From an uncultured Nitrospiraceae bacterium (GTDB lineage: Bacteria > Nitrospirota > Thermodesulfovibrionia > Thermodesulfovibrionales > Dissulfurispiraceae): 64,000 bases of DNA. This document shows positions 16,127 through 26,657 of this stretch, in pieces. Made by a program: the position numbers and the translations under genes. Each line of letters starts with the position of its first letter. Positions within the stretch are counted from its first letter, which is position 1. The notes under the pieces were generated by a model. It made no database searches and was not told the origin of the DNA. It worked only from the letters and a program-made list of their open reading frames with translations. Where the stretch lies: contig CAVSHF010000005.1 of the NCBI GenBank assembly GCA_963727805.1, forward strand, positions 608,001-672,000. Reading direction: 5' to 3'.

Positions 16127-18211
16127 TTAAATCCTTAACTGCCCCGCCGTTTTGTCCATGATATACTCGACAAGGGATTGGTGAAGCGATTCGACTTCTT
16201 CATCAGTGAGGGTCCTATCCGGAGACCTGTACCTGACGTTAAAGGCAACGCTCTTTTTGCCCTCTCCAATGTTCGCCCCCTGATAGACATCAAAGATGGA
16301 GATGTCCTCAATAAGGTCGGAGGGATAGGATTTGAGATAAGTGATTATTTCGGCAGCCTGCAGGCCAGCATTTACAACAACCGCGGTATCTCTCTCGACA
16401 AACGGATATTTTGGCAGCGGCCTGTAGACTACCTCGCGTTTCGACGAAGAGATGGTCCTGCTCAAATCCATCTCAATGACGATAATAGACGGTTTCTGCG
16501 CCTTGATATCGAGAGCCTCGACAACAGATGGGGAAAGAGCGCCGATGAATCCTATTTTTTGTCTTCCGATGACGATATCTGCTGCACGCCCCGGATGCAA
16601 AAAGGGTTCATTAGAGCGGACGTATGAATGATCCATGATCCCAATTCCTTGAAGTATCGCATCTAGCACACCCTTGACGACATAAAAATCAGGCGTCTCT
16701 TCCCTGTAAAGCGTCTTGGCTTTCTCACCATAATAGAGGGCGGCAAGAGAGTCTTTTTCGATGGGGAGAGAGTTTGGTCCGCTGCTGATGTAGGACTTTG
16801 CAGTTTCAAAAAGTCTCAGTTCCCTGTTTCCGTGCGCCAGGTTGTGGAGAAGGTTCCTGATAAGCGCTGGCACGAGGGTCGTCCTCATGAAAGAATCCTC
16901 CTCCCTGAGAGGATTTCTGATCCTGACAAAATTCCTCCGCGCATCATCGTGCGGGAGGGTGAGAAAGTCGAGTTCAGAGGTCCCCATAAAGCTAAGGTTG
17001 ATCGCCTCCGAAAAGCCGGACTTGAGAAATGCCTCCCTAATCTCACGCTTTATTTCCTGCGCCGATATCTTCTCCTTCTGGGTATCAGCCGCCAAACTCG
17101 CCACAGGAAGTTCGGCCGGGATTTTATCAAAACCGTAAAGCCGTGCCACCTCTTCGATGATGTCAGCCTCCATAGTGATGTCCCTCCTGAAAGGCGGGAC
17201 CTTAACCTTAAATTCGGAACTGATATCTTCTGAGATGTCGAGACCAAGCCCCTTAAGGCTGCCGAGGATTTCTTGCCGGGAAAGTTTCAGTCCCAGTATT
17301 TTATTTACTCTTTCATAACGGACATTTAATTCCTTCGGATGGTAACGTTTTGGATAAATATCGATCTTCCCGTATATGGTGCCTCCGGCGACATCTCTCA
17401 TCAGCATTGCAGCCCTGTCGAGGGCTTTTTTAAGGGCCTTGATGTCCGTTCCGCGTTCAAACCGGTAAGATGACTCAGTCTTGAGCCCTAGTGCCCTAGA
17501 TGTCCTTCTAATTGACGCAGGATCGAAATAGGCGCTCTCGATAAATATGTCGACTGTCTTGTCAGTGACCTCAGTGTCCCTGCCACCCATGATTCCCGCA
17601 ACAGCAACAGGCCTTTCGGCATCCCATATCAGCAGGGATTCGCCGGGCACCTCTCGTTTAATGCCGTCAAGGGTATTCATTTCAATATGCGGCTGGCCGC
17701 TTATCGCCCTCGGTGTTCCTACTTTTATCATATTGCCCTTGAGTGTCTTGAGATCAAAGGCATGGAGCGGATGTCCGAATTCCAGGAGAACATAATTGGT
17801 AATATCCACCACATTGTTTATTGATCGTATGCCGCACTTTTCAAGCCGCTTCTTCATCCAGTCAGGAGAAGGTCCCACCTTGAGTCTGCTCACGATTCTG
17901 CCCGCGTATCGCCAGCAGAGGTCGGGCTCCGCAATCTCGACATTAAAGTCGAGTTCTTTGGAGTCGGCCACAACATTAAGATCGGGAAAGGTAAGAGGAA
18001 TGCCGTATGATGCAGACAACTCCCGTGCAATACCGATGATGCTCAGACAGTCGGGCCTGTTCGGAGTAACATTGACCTCGAAAACGACATCACCGTCGAC
18101 ACGCTCGACTGCCTCGACCTCCAGCCCCGTCATAGTGAGCTTCTCGGCGACAGCAATTGCCGATGCGTCAATCTTCACAAAATCTTTCAGCCACTCAAAA
18201 GATACTCTCAC
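16127..18211 (-). CDS. pheT: Phenylalanyl-tRNA synthetase beta subunit (short form)
   Basis: TPNRPDCLS, RFERG, DIIEEVARLYG, C-terminal anticodon-binding domain; follows pheS. Confidence 0.95.
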   Translation of the reverse strand: MRVSFEWLKDFVKIDASAIAVAEKLTMTGLEVEAVERVDGDVVFEVNVTPNRPDCLSIIGIARELSASYGIPLTFPDLNVVADSKELDFNVEIAEPDLCWRYAGRIVSRLKVGPSPDWMKKRLEKCGIRSINNVVDITNYVLLEFGHPLHAFDLKTLKGNMIKVGTPRAISGQPHIEMNTLDGIKREVPGESLLIWDAERPVAVAGIMGGRDTEVTDKTVDIFIESAYFDPASIRRTSRALGLKTESSYRFERGTDIKALKKALDRAAMLMRDVAGGTIYGKIDIYPKRYHPKELNVRYERVNKILGLKLSRQEILGSLKGLGLDISEDISSEFKVKVPPFRRDITMEADIIEEVARLYGFDKIPAELPVASLAADTQKEKISAQEIKREIREAFLKSGFSEAINLSFMGTSELDFLTLPHDDARRNFVRIRNPLREEDSFMRTTLVPALIRNLLHNLAHGNRELRLFETAKSYISSGPNSLPIEKDSLAALYYGEKAKTLYREETPDFYVVKGVLDAILQGIGIMDHSYVRSNEPFLHPGRAADIVIGRQKIGFIGALSPSVVEALDIKAQKPSIIVIEMDLSRTISSSKREVVYRPLPKYPFVERDTAVVVNAGLQAAEIITYLKSYPSDLIEDISIFDVYQGANIGEGKKSVAFNVRYRSPDRTLTDEEVESLHQSLVEYIMDKTAGQLRI

Positions 18212-19219
18212 TTAGAATTGCCTCAGGAATCTCATGTCATTTTCAAATAAAAGCCGTATATCGTCAATGGAGTATTTCAACAGCGTAATACGCTCTATTC
18301 CCATACCAAAAGCAAAGCCGGTGTATTCCTCAGAGTTGTAACCTACATTTTCGAACACCTTCGGATTCACCATGCCGGCGCCGAGGATTTCGAGCCACCC
18401 CGTTCCCTTGCAGACCCTGCAGCCTGCGGCTTTACAGAGAATGCAGCCCATATCGATCTCCGCCGACGGCTCGGTGAAGGGGAAAAAGCTCGGCCTGAAC
18501 CGCACAGGGATGTCGGGACCGAACATCTGATGGATGAATGCTGTGAGCACGCCTTTCAGGTGGCTGAAGGTGATATCCCTGTCGACCATTAACCCCTCGA
18601 CCTGATGGAACATCGGTGAATGAGTGACGTCGGCATCGCATCGGTATACTTTCCCGGGGGCGATAAACCTGAGTGGTGGTCTCTTCTTCTCCATCACCCT
18701 CACCTGAACAGGAGAGGTATGGGTCCGAAGTACAATATCCTCGCTGATATAAAAAGTATCCTGCATGTCCCTTGCAGGGTGGTCTTTTGGTATGTTCAGG
18801 GCCTCGAAGTTGTAGCAGTCGAGTTCCACTTCGGGGCCTTCCTCAATGCTGAAGCCCATCCTGGTGAATATGTCAATGACCTCGCGAAGGGTTCTGCTGA
18901 GCAGGTGTTCATGACCGAAACCAACGTGCTTGCCGGGCAACGTGATGTCAATCGCTTCCGCTAGAAGGCGGCTTTTAAAATCCGCACTCTTGAGGCACAC
19001 TTCCCTCTCATCACAGGCTTTCTCGATAAATTGCTTTAACTCATTGATCTGTCGTCCGGCGAGGCGTCTCTCATCCGCAGTGAGTGAGGAAAGGGATTTG
19101 ATCCTCGATGTGATGATGCCCTTTTTGCCGAGATATTTGACCCGGAGGTTAGTCGCGTCTACAAGACCCTTTATCGATGCAATTTCATCAAGAAATGTCT
19201 GTTTCAGGTCGTCGCTCAT
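18212..19219 (-). CDS. pheS: Phenylalanyl-tRNA synthetase alpha subunit
   Basis: HPARDMQDTFY, FRPSFFPFTEPS, GFAFGMGIER. Confidence 0.97.
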   Translation of the reverse strand: MSDDLKQTFLDEIASIKGLVDATNLRVKYLGKKGIITSRIKSLSSLTADERRLAGRQINELKQFIEKACDEREVCLKSADFKSRLLAEAIDITLPGKHVGFGHEHLLSRTLREVIDIFTRMGFSIEEGPEVELDCYNFEALNIPKDHPARDMQDTFYISEDIVLRTHTSPVQVRVMEKKRPPLRFIAPGKVYRCDADVTHSPMFHQVEGLMVDRDITFSHLKGVLTAFIHQMFGPDIPVRFRPSFFPFTEPSAEIDMGCILCKAAGCRVCKGTGWLEILGAGMVNPKVFENVGYNSEEYTGFAFGMGIERITLLKYSIDDIRLLFENDMRFLRQF

Positions 19220-19302
19220 GATCGAATGATAGCGGCAGGGTTGAGTATGTGCAGCTCAGGCAGTGCAAAAGGACGCGTATACTGGACCCTGTTGCCTGTA
19301 TC

Positions 19303-19650
19303 CTATCCCTTAACCTGTTCGACAAGCTGCCCAAATGCCTTTGGATCGCTGTATGCCAGATCTGCAAGGACCCTTCTGTCAAGAATAATGTTGGCCTTCT
19401 TGAGTCCGTTCATGAACTGGCTATATGAGAGACCGAGAGATCGAACGGCAGCATTGATCCTTACAATCCATAGAGACCTGAACTCGCGTTTCTTAAGCCT
19501 TCTGTCCCTATATGCAGCAACGAGCGCCTTATCTACTGCCTGGGCGGCATTCTTGTAAAGCCTGGACCTGCCTCCTGAATATCCCTTCGCTTGATCGAGG
19601 ACCTTTTTATGGTACCTCCGTGTTGTGAATCCACCTTTCGCCCTTGGCAT
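19303..19650 (-). CDS. rplT: 50S ribosomal protein L20
   Basis: MPRAKGG...[23 protein letters not shown]. Confidence 0.97.
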   Translation of the reverse strand: MPRAKGGFTTRRYHKKVLDQAKGYSGGRSRLYKNAAQAVDKALVAAYRDRRLKKREFRSLWIVRINAAVRSLGLSYSQFMNGLKKANIILDRRVLADLAYSDPKAFGQLVEQVKG

Positions 19651-19871
19651 GTTTCCTCCTTATGCTACAATGCTCCATTTTTCAATAACCCGATAGTATA
19701 TGCAGATTTTTTAGAAATTGAATTTTAATAAATTTTTCACTGTAGAGTCAAGTACATTCATTTCAATAGTCAAGAAAAGTCAGATCAGCCGCCCATGTCT
19801 CCTGGCCCCCTGCAAACAATAAGGCATGCCTTTCTCATCGTTCGGCATGCCTTCAGGTTACGCAGATTAGG

Positions 19872-20072
19872 CTAAATCTGGTAGGGAAGCATCTTCCTGA
19901 TGTTCGGAAGCAGAACATCGGGAACGGGACAACTCTTTCTGAGCGTTCTCATCTTTTTGGCGGGCTTGCCTGTCAGAAGATGTCCTTTATATGCCTTGTA
20001 TCGCATTATTTTGCCACTGCCGGTAACCTTGAACCTCTTTGCAGCACCCCTGTGCGTCTTAAGTTTCGGCAT
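19872..20072 (-). CDS. rpmI: 50S ribosomal protein L35
   Basis: [21 protein letters not shown]. Confidence 0.97.
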   Translation of the reverse strand: MPKLKTHRGAAKRFKVTGSGKIMRYKAYKGHLLTGKPAKKMRTLRKSCPVPDVLLPNIRKMLPYQI

Positions 20073-20221
20073 CTCTATCCTCCTCTCTATTAGATCAATT
20101 ATATAAACTAAAAAAGCGCAGGTATTTTCGGGTGATATGTATATGAGTTTTCCAATAACATCAACTCAAAAAAACTCCTCACCCCTCTAACCCCTGAACT
20201 CGTTTGCGATTATTGTCTGAA

Positions 20222-20722
20222 TTATTTACTGCTTGGGGCAATAACCATGGTAATCGACTTGCCTTCCATCCGCGGCTGCTGCTCCACGGTGAACTTGCCA
20301 GTAAGCGTCCCAAGGATCCGTTCAAACACCTTCATTCCCAGTTCAGGCCTCACAATCTCACGCCCCCTGAAGAACATAATTACCTTCGCCTTGTCCCCTT
20401 CATCGAGAAAGCGTCTTAGGTTCCTTATCTTCAGTTCCAGGTCATGTTCCGATATCTGAGGTCTTACCTTGACCTCTTTGACATCGACGGTCTTCTTTGC
20501 CGAGTGCTTCTTGCTTATCTGGTACTTGTACTTGCCGAAATCCATCACCCTGCAGACCGGAGGAACGGAAGTCGGCGACACTTCGACAAGATCAAACCCT
20601 TTTTCGCGGGCCATCTTCAACGCCTCTGCGGGTATCATAATGCCAAGCTGCCCGCCCTCTTCGTCGATGACTCTTATCTCTTTTGCCCTTATTCCTTCAT
20701 TTACCCTGATATCCTTGCTTAT
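20222..20722 (-). CDS. infC: Translation initiation factor IF-3 (ATA start)
   Basis: Frame extends upstream of the called ORF as (I)SKDIRVNEGIRAKEIRVIDEEG; GGAGGTG RBS 5 nt before ATA at 20722; PPVCRVMDFGKYKY. Confidence 0.93.
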   Translation of the reverse strand: MSKDIRVNEGIRAKEIRVIDEEGGQLGIMIPAEALKMAREKGFDLVEVSPTSVPPVCRVMDFGKYKYQISKKHSAKKTVDVKEVKVRPQISEHDLELKIRNLRRFLDEGDKAKVIMFFRGREIVRPELGMKVFERILGTLTGKFTVEQQPRMEGKSITMVIAPSSK

Positions 20723-20753
20723 GCTCCCACCTCCATTTTTAAGTGAAGATCAT

Positions 20754-22652
20754 TCACTGTTTTTCACAGACCGCCTGCTGCACTATATCCATGAAGTCAG
20801 CGATACTGTAAGGGCCGGCGTTTTCTCCGTTTCTCTTCCGTACCGTTATCTGCTGGTCTGCAACTTCTTTATCTCCTATTATAACTAAATAGGGAATTTT
20901 TCTTAATGTTGCCTCGCGAATTTTATATCCTATCTTCTCGTTTCGAACATCCACCTCGGTTCGGATGTCGGCGGCTTTGAGCTGCCGGTGAATCTCCCGG
21001 GCGAACTCATCATGTCGCTCGGCTATCGTCAGTACCTTTGCCTGCACCGGAGTGAGCCAAAGAGGAAAGTCTCCTCCGTAATGCTCGATAAGTATTCCGA
21101 AGAACCGTTCGAGAGAACCCATCAGCGCGCGGTGAATCATGATCGGCCGGTGTTCCTTGCCGTCGCTTCCGCGATAGGTCATATCAAACCGTTCGGGGTT
21201 ATTGAAGTCGACCTGGATGGTGCTGCACTGCCAGTACCTGTTGAGAGCATCCTTTATTTTGATATCGATCTTCGGACCGTAAAACGCCCCCCCTCCAGGA
21301 TCGACATTGTATATCAGTCCCTTTTTCTCAAGCGAGAGTTTCAGCGCAGCCGTTGCCCTCTCCCAGCTCTCTATTGTCCCCACATATTTTTCAGGCCTTG
21401 TCGAAAGATAAATATCATATGCTTCAAACCCAAAGGTTTTGAGAACAAAGATCGTAAAATCGAGAATGTTCTGCATCTCTTCTTCGAGCTGCTCTTCCCG
21501 GCAGAAAATATGGGCATCATCCTGGGTAAATCCCCTCACCCTTAGCAAGCCATGTAATACGCCCGATCTCTCATAGCGGTAGACTGTGCCCAACTCGGCA
21601 TATCTGATCGGTAGATCACGATAGCTCCTGAGGTCGCTCTTATAAATCGTTATATGGAAGGGGCAGTTCATCGGTTTCAGCTCGTATGCGACCCCTTCGA
21701 TATCCATCGGGGAATACATGTTTTCACTGTAATAATCGAGATGGCCGCTCGTCTTCCAAAGGTTCAGCCTTGCTATATGCGGCGTAAAAAGTATCTTGTA
21801 ATCAGCTTTAAAATGCTCATTCCTCCAGAAGTCTTCGATGGTCTTCCTGATGAGCGCCCCATTGGGATGCCAGAGGATCAGGCCTGAGCCGATCTCGTCA
21901 CTCATGCTGAAGAGGTCGAGTTCCCTTCCCAGTTTTCTGTGATCCCTCTTTTTGACCTCTTCGAGGAAATCAAGATGGGCTTTCAGCTCATCCTTAGTCG
22001 CAAAGGCCGTGCCGTATATACGCTGCAACATCTTGTTATGTTCATTGCCCCGCCAGTAAGCGCCGGCAACACTCAACAACTTAAAGGCCTTCACTTTGCT
22101 TGTACGCACAAGATGGGGACCGCGGCAGAGATCGACAAAGCCGTCCTCTTCGTAAATGGTCACCTCTTCATCGGCAATATCGTTAAGGAGCTCGACCTTG
22201 TACCCCTCGCCTTTATCCTTGAAAAACCGCACTGCTTCATCTTTTGACATGTTTTTGCGGACAAAAGGGCTACTCTTTTTAATGATCTCGTGCATACGTT
22301 TTTCAATCTTCTGAAGGTCTTCTGCACTGAAAGGTGTTTCGAGGTCGAAGTCGTAGTAAAACCCGTCCTCAATTGCGGGACCAATGGCCAGCTTAACCTC
22401 AGGGAAGAGGTCCTTCACCGCATGGGCCATAATATGGGAAACGCTATGACGATATATCTCTTCCCCTTCCGCCGAATCAAACGCAATGGGTTCGATTATC
22501 GATGAAGGGTCAAGTTGTCCCGTGATCGTTGAGTATAAGTCTTTCAGCTCGCCGTTAACTTTAACAGCTAATGCTCTGACAGCCTCAAGCTCTTTTTTAA
22601 GATCCGATGGTGCTATCTCTTTTGTGGAGCCATCAGTCAATAACAGTTTTAT
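20754..22652 (-). CDS. thrS: Threonyl-tRNA synthetase (probable ATA start)
   Basis: DLCRGPH, RDHRKLG, KPMNCP, GAFYGPKID; AGGAGGG RBS 6 nt before in-frame ATA at 22652. Confidence 0.95.
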   Translation of the reverse strand: MKLLLTDGSTKEIAPSDLKKELEAVRALAVKVNGELKDLYSTITGQLDPSSIIEPIAFDSAEGEEIYRHSVSHIMAHAVKDLFPEVKLAIGPAIEDGFYYDFDLETPFSAEDLQKIEKRMHEIIKKSSPFVRKNMSKDEAVRFFKDKGEGYKVELLNDIADEEVTIYEEDGFVDLCRGPHLVRTSKVKAFKLLSVAGAYWRGNEHNKMLQRIYGTAFATKDELKAHLDFLEEVKKRDHRKLGRELDLFSMSDEIGSGLILWHPNGALIRKTIEDFWRNEHFKADYKILFTPHIARLNLWKTSGHLDYYSENMYSPMDIEGVAYELKPMNCPFHITIYKSDLRSYRDLPIRYAELGTVYRYERSGVLHGLLRVRGFTQDDAHIFCREEQLEEEMQNILDFTIFVLKTFGFEAYDIYLSTRPEKYVGTIESWERATAALKLSLEKKGLIYNVDPGGGAFYGPKIDIKIKDALNRYWQCSTIQVDFNNPERFDMTYRGSDGKEHRPIMIHRALMGSLERFFGILIEHYGGDFPLWLTPVQAKVLTIAERHDEFAREIHRQLKAADIRTEVDVRNEKIGYKIREATLRKIPYLVIIGDKEVADQQITVRKRNGENAGPYSIADFMDIVQQAVCEKQ

Positions 22653-22702
22653 GGCAGTCCCTCCTAACGAAAAAGGTAAGGTATATCATAGCCCATTACC
22701 CC

Positions 22703-23434
22703 CTAACGATTCAATAATATCCCGTCGATCATCTCGACGACGCGATGGCACCTCTTCGAGAGTGATTCATTGTGCGTTACGATGACAAATGTAACCCCTT
22801 GCTTTTCGTTGATCTCGATGAGCTGTCTGAATAGACTTTCCCCAGTTGCAGTATCAAGATTGCCCGTTGGTTCATCGGCAAATACGACGCGGGGCTCCAA
22901 AAGCAAAGCCCTCGCAACGGCAACGCGTTGCTGCTCCCCGCCCGAAAGTTCCCCGGGTTTATGCTCACATCTCTCATGCAATCCCAAAATATCGAGCAGA
23001 TGCATAGCTCTCTCGGTGAGTTCCTTTTTACTGCTGAATTTCTCAGGCCCGAACTTCGACGTATTAGTTCCAGAGAGACTTCGGCAAATAAGGCCTGGCA
23101 TAAGGACATTCTCGAGGGCGCTGAACTCAGGCAGAAGGTAATGGAACTGAAAGACAAAACCGATCATCCGGTTTCTGAATGCGGCAATCGCGCCGTTTCC
23201 CAGCGAAAAGGGCTCGACGGGTCCGTTCGCATTATAAACTATTTTGCCCTGTGTAGGCCTGTCGAGGGTGCCAAGTATATGGAGAAACGTGCTTTTGCCT
23301 GCGCCGGATGCCCCAACAACAGCAACCATCTCTCCTCCGCTGAAACTCATATCAATCCCCTTTATTACCTGCAACTCACCTGCCGGTGTCAGAAATGATT
23401 TATGGAGATTTTCAACTGAGATCAGCGAGCTCAT
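22703..23434 (-). CDS. lolD: Lipoprotein-releasing ABC transporter ATPase
   Basis: GASGAGKST, FVFQFHYLL, LSGGEQQR, ADEPTGNLD. Confidence 0.88.
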   Translation of the reverse strand: MSSLISVENLHKSFLTPAGELQVIKGIDMSFSGGEMVAVVGASGAGKSTFLHILGTLDRPTQGKIVYNANGPVEPFSLGNGAIAAFRNRMIGFVFQFHYLLPEFSALENVLMPGLICRSLSGTNTSKFGPEKFSSKKELTERAMHLLDILGLHERCEHKPGELSGGEQQRVAVARALLLEPRVVFADEPTGNLDTATGESLFRQLIEINEKQGVTFVIVTHNESLSKRCHRVVEMIDGILLNR

Positions 23435-23766
23435 TGCGTCTCACCTGTTTTCGCCGGGGACTGCTTGACGGCAGCACCCTTCTTCTTCGTTTTCTTCCCT
23501 TGGGGGTCACTTTTGAGGGTAGACTCCTGCACTTCCTTGCCCTCGCTTTTCTTACCCATTATCTGTTCCTTCCATTCATCGGCTTGCATCTTGATCATAT
23601 CAGCCTTGGTACTTAACTTGAGCATAATAGTCTGAACACTCGATGCAATCGATTGTCCCAACTTCGTGAATGGCTCTCCACCGGCATGGGCAGAGACAAT
23701 CATAAAGATGAGCCAGGGAGTGACTATTATCACCGAGAGCCATTTTATGAGCTTAAGCGCCGTCAT
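23431..23766 (-). CDS. Hypothetical membrane-anchored protein
   Basis: Overlapping start/stop codons with lolE and lolD; N-terminal TM helix. Confidence 0.6.
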   Translation of the reverse strand: MTALKLIKWLSVIIVTPWLIFMIVSAHAGGEPFTKLGQSIASSVQTIMLKLSTKADMIKMQADEWKEQIMGKKSEGKEVQESTLKSDPQGKKTKKKGAAVKQSPAKTGETQ

Positions 23767-25004
23767 TCGTACCTTAATGATTCAACCGGATTGAGTCGGG
23801 CAGCATAATATGATGGATAAAGAGTCGAGAGGAAGCTTATGGCGATAGCTGACACAGAAACGACCGCGAAATCGATGAAATGCATCTTAACCGGCAACTT
23901 GCTGAGATAGTAGACGTCGGAAGGGAGCTTGATCAATTCGTAATTATTCAGGACATTTCCGAGGATGTATCCCCCGGCCAACCCGATGGTAGTCCCAACT
24001 ATCCCAATCACCAACCCCTGGAGCATAAAGATCAGCATGATACCCTGATTTGTCGCCCCCATCGACTTCAGTATCGCAATCTCCTTCTGCTTTTCCATCA
24101 CGTTCATCATCAGGGTGCTCACTATATTGAACGATGCAACCAGTACGATAAGTATCAATATGATAAACATGGCCAACTTTTCAAGCTTAAGCGCCGAGAA
24201 GAGGTTCTTGTTCATCTGCATCCAGTCCTTGATGAGAAAAGGCGGACCAAGCTTTTTGGTCAGTTCTTTACGCACTTCGGGAGCCGCGTAAATATCCTTC
24301 AGCTTAAGCTCAATGCCTGAGACGGCTGAGCCATAGCCATAAAATTCCTGTGCGGATTTTAGATCGGTAAGCGCCAAGTTGGCATCGTACTCGAACATAC
24401 CCATGTCGAAGATTGCTACTACCCTGAACTGCTTTATCTTAGGAAGCATTCCAAGAGGGCCAATCTCGCCAAGCGGCGATATGACATTGATCGTGTCTCC
24501 CACGAGGATGCCGAGCATGCTTGAAAGTTCCGCGCCGATTATGATCCACGGAGGACCTTCGCGCCTGATTTCACGGTCCTTTATTTCCGGCAGCTTGCCG
24601 AATTTAATACGGCCTAGGATTTCGGTTGTCTTTGCTTCGGTGGTGAGGTCAACCCCCTTCATGAAAAGGCCGTGCGCGTTTTTCCCGGTCGAGACAAGCA
24701 CCTGACCGAGCACAAAGGGAGAAACGTTCATGACAGCAGGCTCATCTTTCAGTCTATCCATCAGAGGCAGGTATTCCCTGATAGTGCCAGAATAGCTGAG
24801 CACGATAGCATGTGAGTTGGCGCCCAGGATTTTTTTCTGGAGGTCTTCCTGAAAACCGCTCATAACGGAAAGCACGACGAGAAGTGCCATTACGCCGACG
24901 GCGACGCCGCCGATCGAAATTGCCGTGTTGAAGGAAATCCCCTTATGCTTTTTTTTCGATCTCAGGTATCTCGCTGCAATGAATAATTGATAGGGAAGAT
25001 TCAT
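23763..25004 (-). CDS. lolE: Lipoprotein-releasing ABC permease LolC/E
   Basis: GVAVGVMALLVVLSVMSGF, EIAILKSMGA, LYPSYYAARLNPVESLRYE. Confidence 0.9.
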   Translation of the reverse strand: MNLPYQLFIAARYLRSKKKHKGISFNTAISIGGVAVGVMALLVVLSVMSGFQEDLQKKILGANSHAIVLSYSGTIREYLPLMDRLKDEPAVMNVSPFVLGQVLVSTGKNAHGLFMKGVDLTTEAKTTEILGRIKFGKLPEIKDREIRREGPPWIIIGAELSSMLGILVGDTINVISPLGEIGPLGMLPKIKQFRVVAIFDMGMFEYDANLALTDLKSAQEFYGYGSAVSGIELKLKDIYAAPEVRKELTKKLGPPFLIKDWMQMNKNLFSALKLEKLAMFIILILIVLVASFNIVSTLMMNVMEKQKEIAILKSMGATNQGIMLIFMLQGLVIGIVGTTIGLAGGYILGNVLNNYELIKLPSDVYYLSKLPVKMHFIDFAVVSVSAIAISFLSTLYPSYYAARLNPVESLRYE

Positions 25005-25086
25005 AGAATTTCAATCAGAACACAAAAACCCAAACGGAGAATCAACCTCGGGTTTTGGGCCTTGACTTTTGGGTTTTGCATTAAGG

Positions 25087-26562
25087 TTACTGTTCCGGTT
25101 TTAGTTGGGGGAAAAGAATAACGTCGCGTATCGACGGTGAATTGGTCAGAAGCATGACGAGCCGATCGATACCGATGCCTTCTCCAGCAGCCGGCGGCAT
25201 GCCGTATTCGAGTGCCCTGACAAAGTCCTCATCCATCCAGTGTGCCTCTTCGTCACCCTTATTCTTGGCATCAACCTGCTTCAGAAATCGCTCTTTCTGA
25301 TCAGTCGGGTCGGTGAGTTCGGAGAATGCGTTCGCGATTTCGCGCGATGTAATAAAAAGTTCGAAGCGCTCAACGAGATCGGGATTGTCAGTCTTCCTCT
25401 TGGCGAGAGGTGAAAGCTCCACGGGGTAATCGATGATGAAAGTGGGTTGCACAAGCTCAGGCTCCACGAACTCCTTGAATATCTCGTCGAGTATCTTGGT
25501 AAGGGATGCATTGGTTTGAATATCAAGCTTCTTTTCTCTCGCCCATGCAAAAGCTTTGTCCCGATCGTTAATTGCCTCATCAGGAACGCCCTTCTGTTTC
25601 AAGGCTTCAAGCAGCGGAATCCTCGGCCATGGCGGCGTTAGGTCTATTATATCGTCGCCGTAAGGCACTTTTAATGTTCCGAGCGCCTTTTCTGCAATGT
25701 AAGTAAATATCTTTTCGGTAAAATCCATGAGAAAATTGTAGTCCTTATATGCCATGTAGAATTCGATCATGGTAAATTCAGGATTATGCTTCGTAGATAT
25801 TCCCTCGTTTCTAAAATTCTTGTTCAGCTCGAAAACCCTTTCGTAACCTCCAACGAGAAGGCGTTTGAGATAGAGTTCCGGTGCAATGCGCAAATAGAGA
25901 TCAATGTCGAGCGCATTGTGATGAGTCTTAAAGGGCTTTGCTGCTGCGCCTCCCGGTATCTGGTGCATCATCGGGGTCTCGACCTCGATAAAGCCGTTTG
26001 CTTCGAGGAAGTCCCTCAATGCCTTGATAATGGAGCTTCTCTTGGCGAAGATATCTTTAACCTGAGGATTGACTATGAGGTCGACGTACCTCTGCCGGTA
26101 CCTCAGTTCGACGTCCTTGAGGCCGTGCCACTTCTCGGGAAGAGGTCTCAGTGATTTACTCAAAAGCACAAAGTCCCTCACCTCTATGGTGAGTTCGTCG
26201 GTCCTTGTCCTAAAAAGCCTGCCCGAAACACCTATGATATCGCCGATGTCTAGTTTTTTTATTAATGCATACTTCTCGTTCAGAACACCCTTACTGAAAA
26301 AGATCTGTATCTTCTCCGTTGCGTCCTGTATCGTCGCGAAGCACCCTTTGCCGAAGTCGCGCATCGAGATCATCCTTCCAGCTGCGGAAACTGCAGCGGA
26401 ATTCGTCTCAAGCTCTTCCTTCGAGGCCGATGCATAGGTTGATTTGAGATATGCAGTGGTCGATTCGGGTTCGAACTTGCTACCATAAGGGTCCAGATGA
26501 AGTTCCTTAAGGTCGTTGAGCTTCTTAATACGCTGTTCTATGAGGTCGTTGATCTCTTCCAT
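25087..26562 (-). CDS. lysS: Lysyl-tRNA synthetase, class II
   Basis: RYRQRYVDL, YLRIAPELYLKRL, FRNEGI, GIGIDRL. Confidence 0.97.
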   Translation of the reverse strand: MEEINDLIEQRIKKLNDLKELHLDPYGSKFEPESTTAYLKSTYASASKEELETNSAAVSAAGRMISMRDFGKGCFATIQDATEKIQIFFSKGVLNEKYALIKKLDIGDIIGVSGRLFRTRTDELTIEVRDFVLLSKSLRPLPEKWHGLKDVELRYRQRYVDLIVNPQVKDIFAKRSSIIKALRDFLEANGFIEVETPMMHQIPGGAAAKPFKTHHNALDIDLYLRIAPELYLKRLLVGGYERVFELNKNFRNEGISTKHNPEFTMIEFYMAYKDYNFLMDFTEKIFTYIAEKALGTLKVPYGDDIIDLTPPWPRIPLLEALKQKGVPDEAINDRDKAFAWAREKKLDIQTNASLTKILDEIFKEFVEPELVQPTFIIDYPVELSPLAKRKTDNPDLVERFELFITSREIANAFSELTDPTDQKERFLKQVDAKNKGDEEAHWMDEDFVRALEYGMPPAAGEGIGIDRLVMLLTNSPSIRDVILFPQLKPEQ

Positions 26563-26570
26563 GAAAGAGA

Positions 26571-26649
26571 ATTATACTGGCCGCCCCTGTTAATAGTCAA
26601 CCGCTGCATCGACGGCGGCTTGACTATTAACCGGTCATTGCAATAAATT
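26571..26649. promoter_or_regulatory. Symmetric divergent promoters for lysS and tpiA
   Basis: IR GTTAATAGTCAA (26589-26600)/TTGACTATTAAC (26620-26631) gives TTGACT on both strands; 18 nt to TATAAT (minus) and TAAATT (plus). Confidence 0.65.
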
Positions 26650-26657
26650 ATAGAACC

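Noticed and set aside
25024..25078. GGGTTTTG repeats between lysS and lolE
   Set aside because: Short and low-complexity; could be a weak hairpin, but no function can be supported
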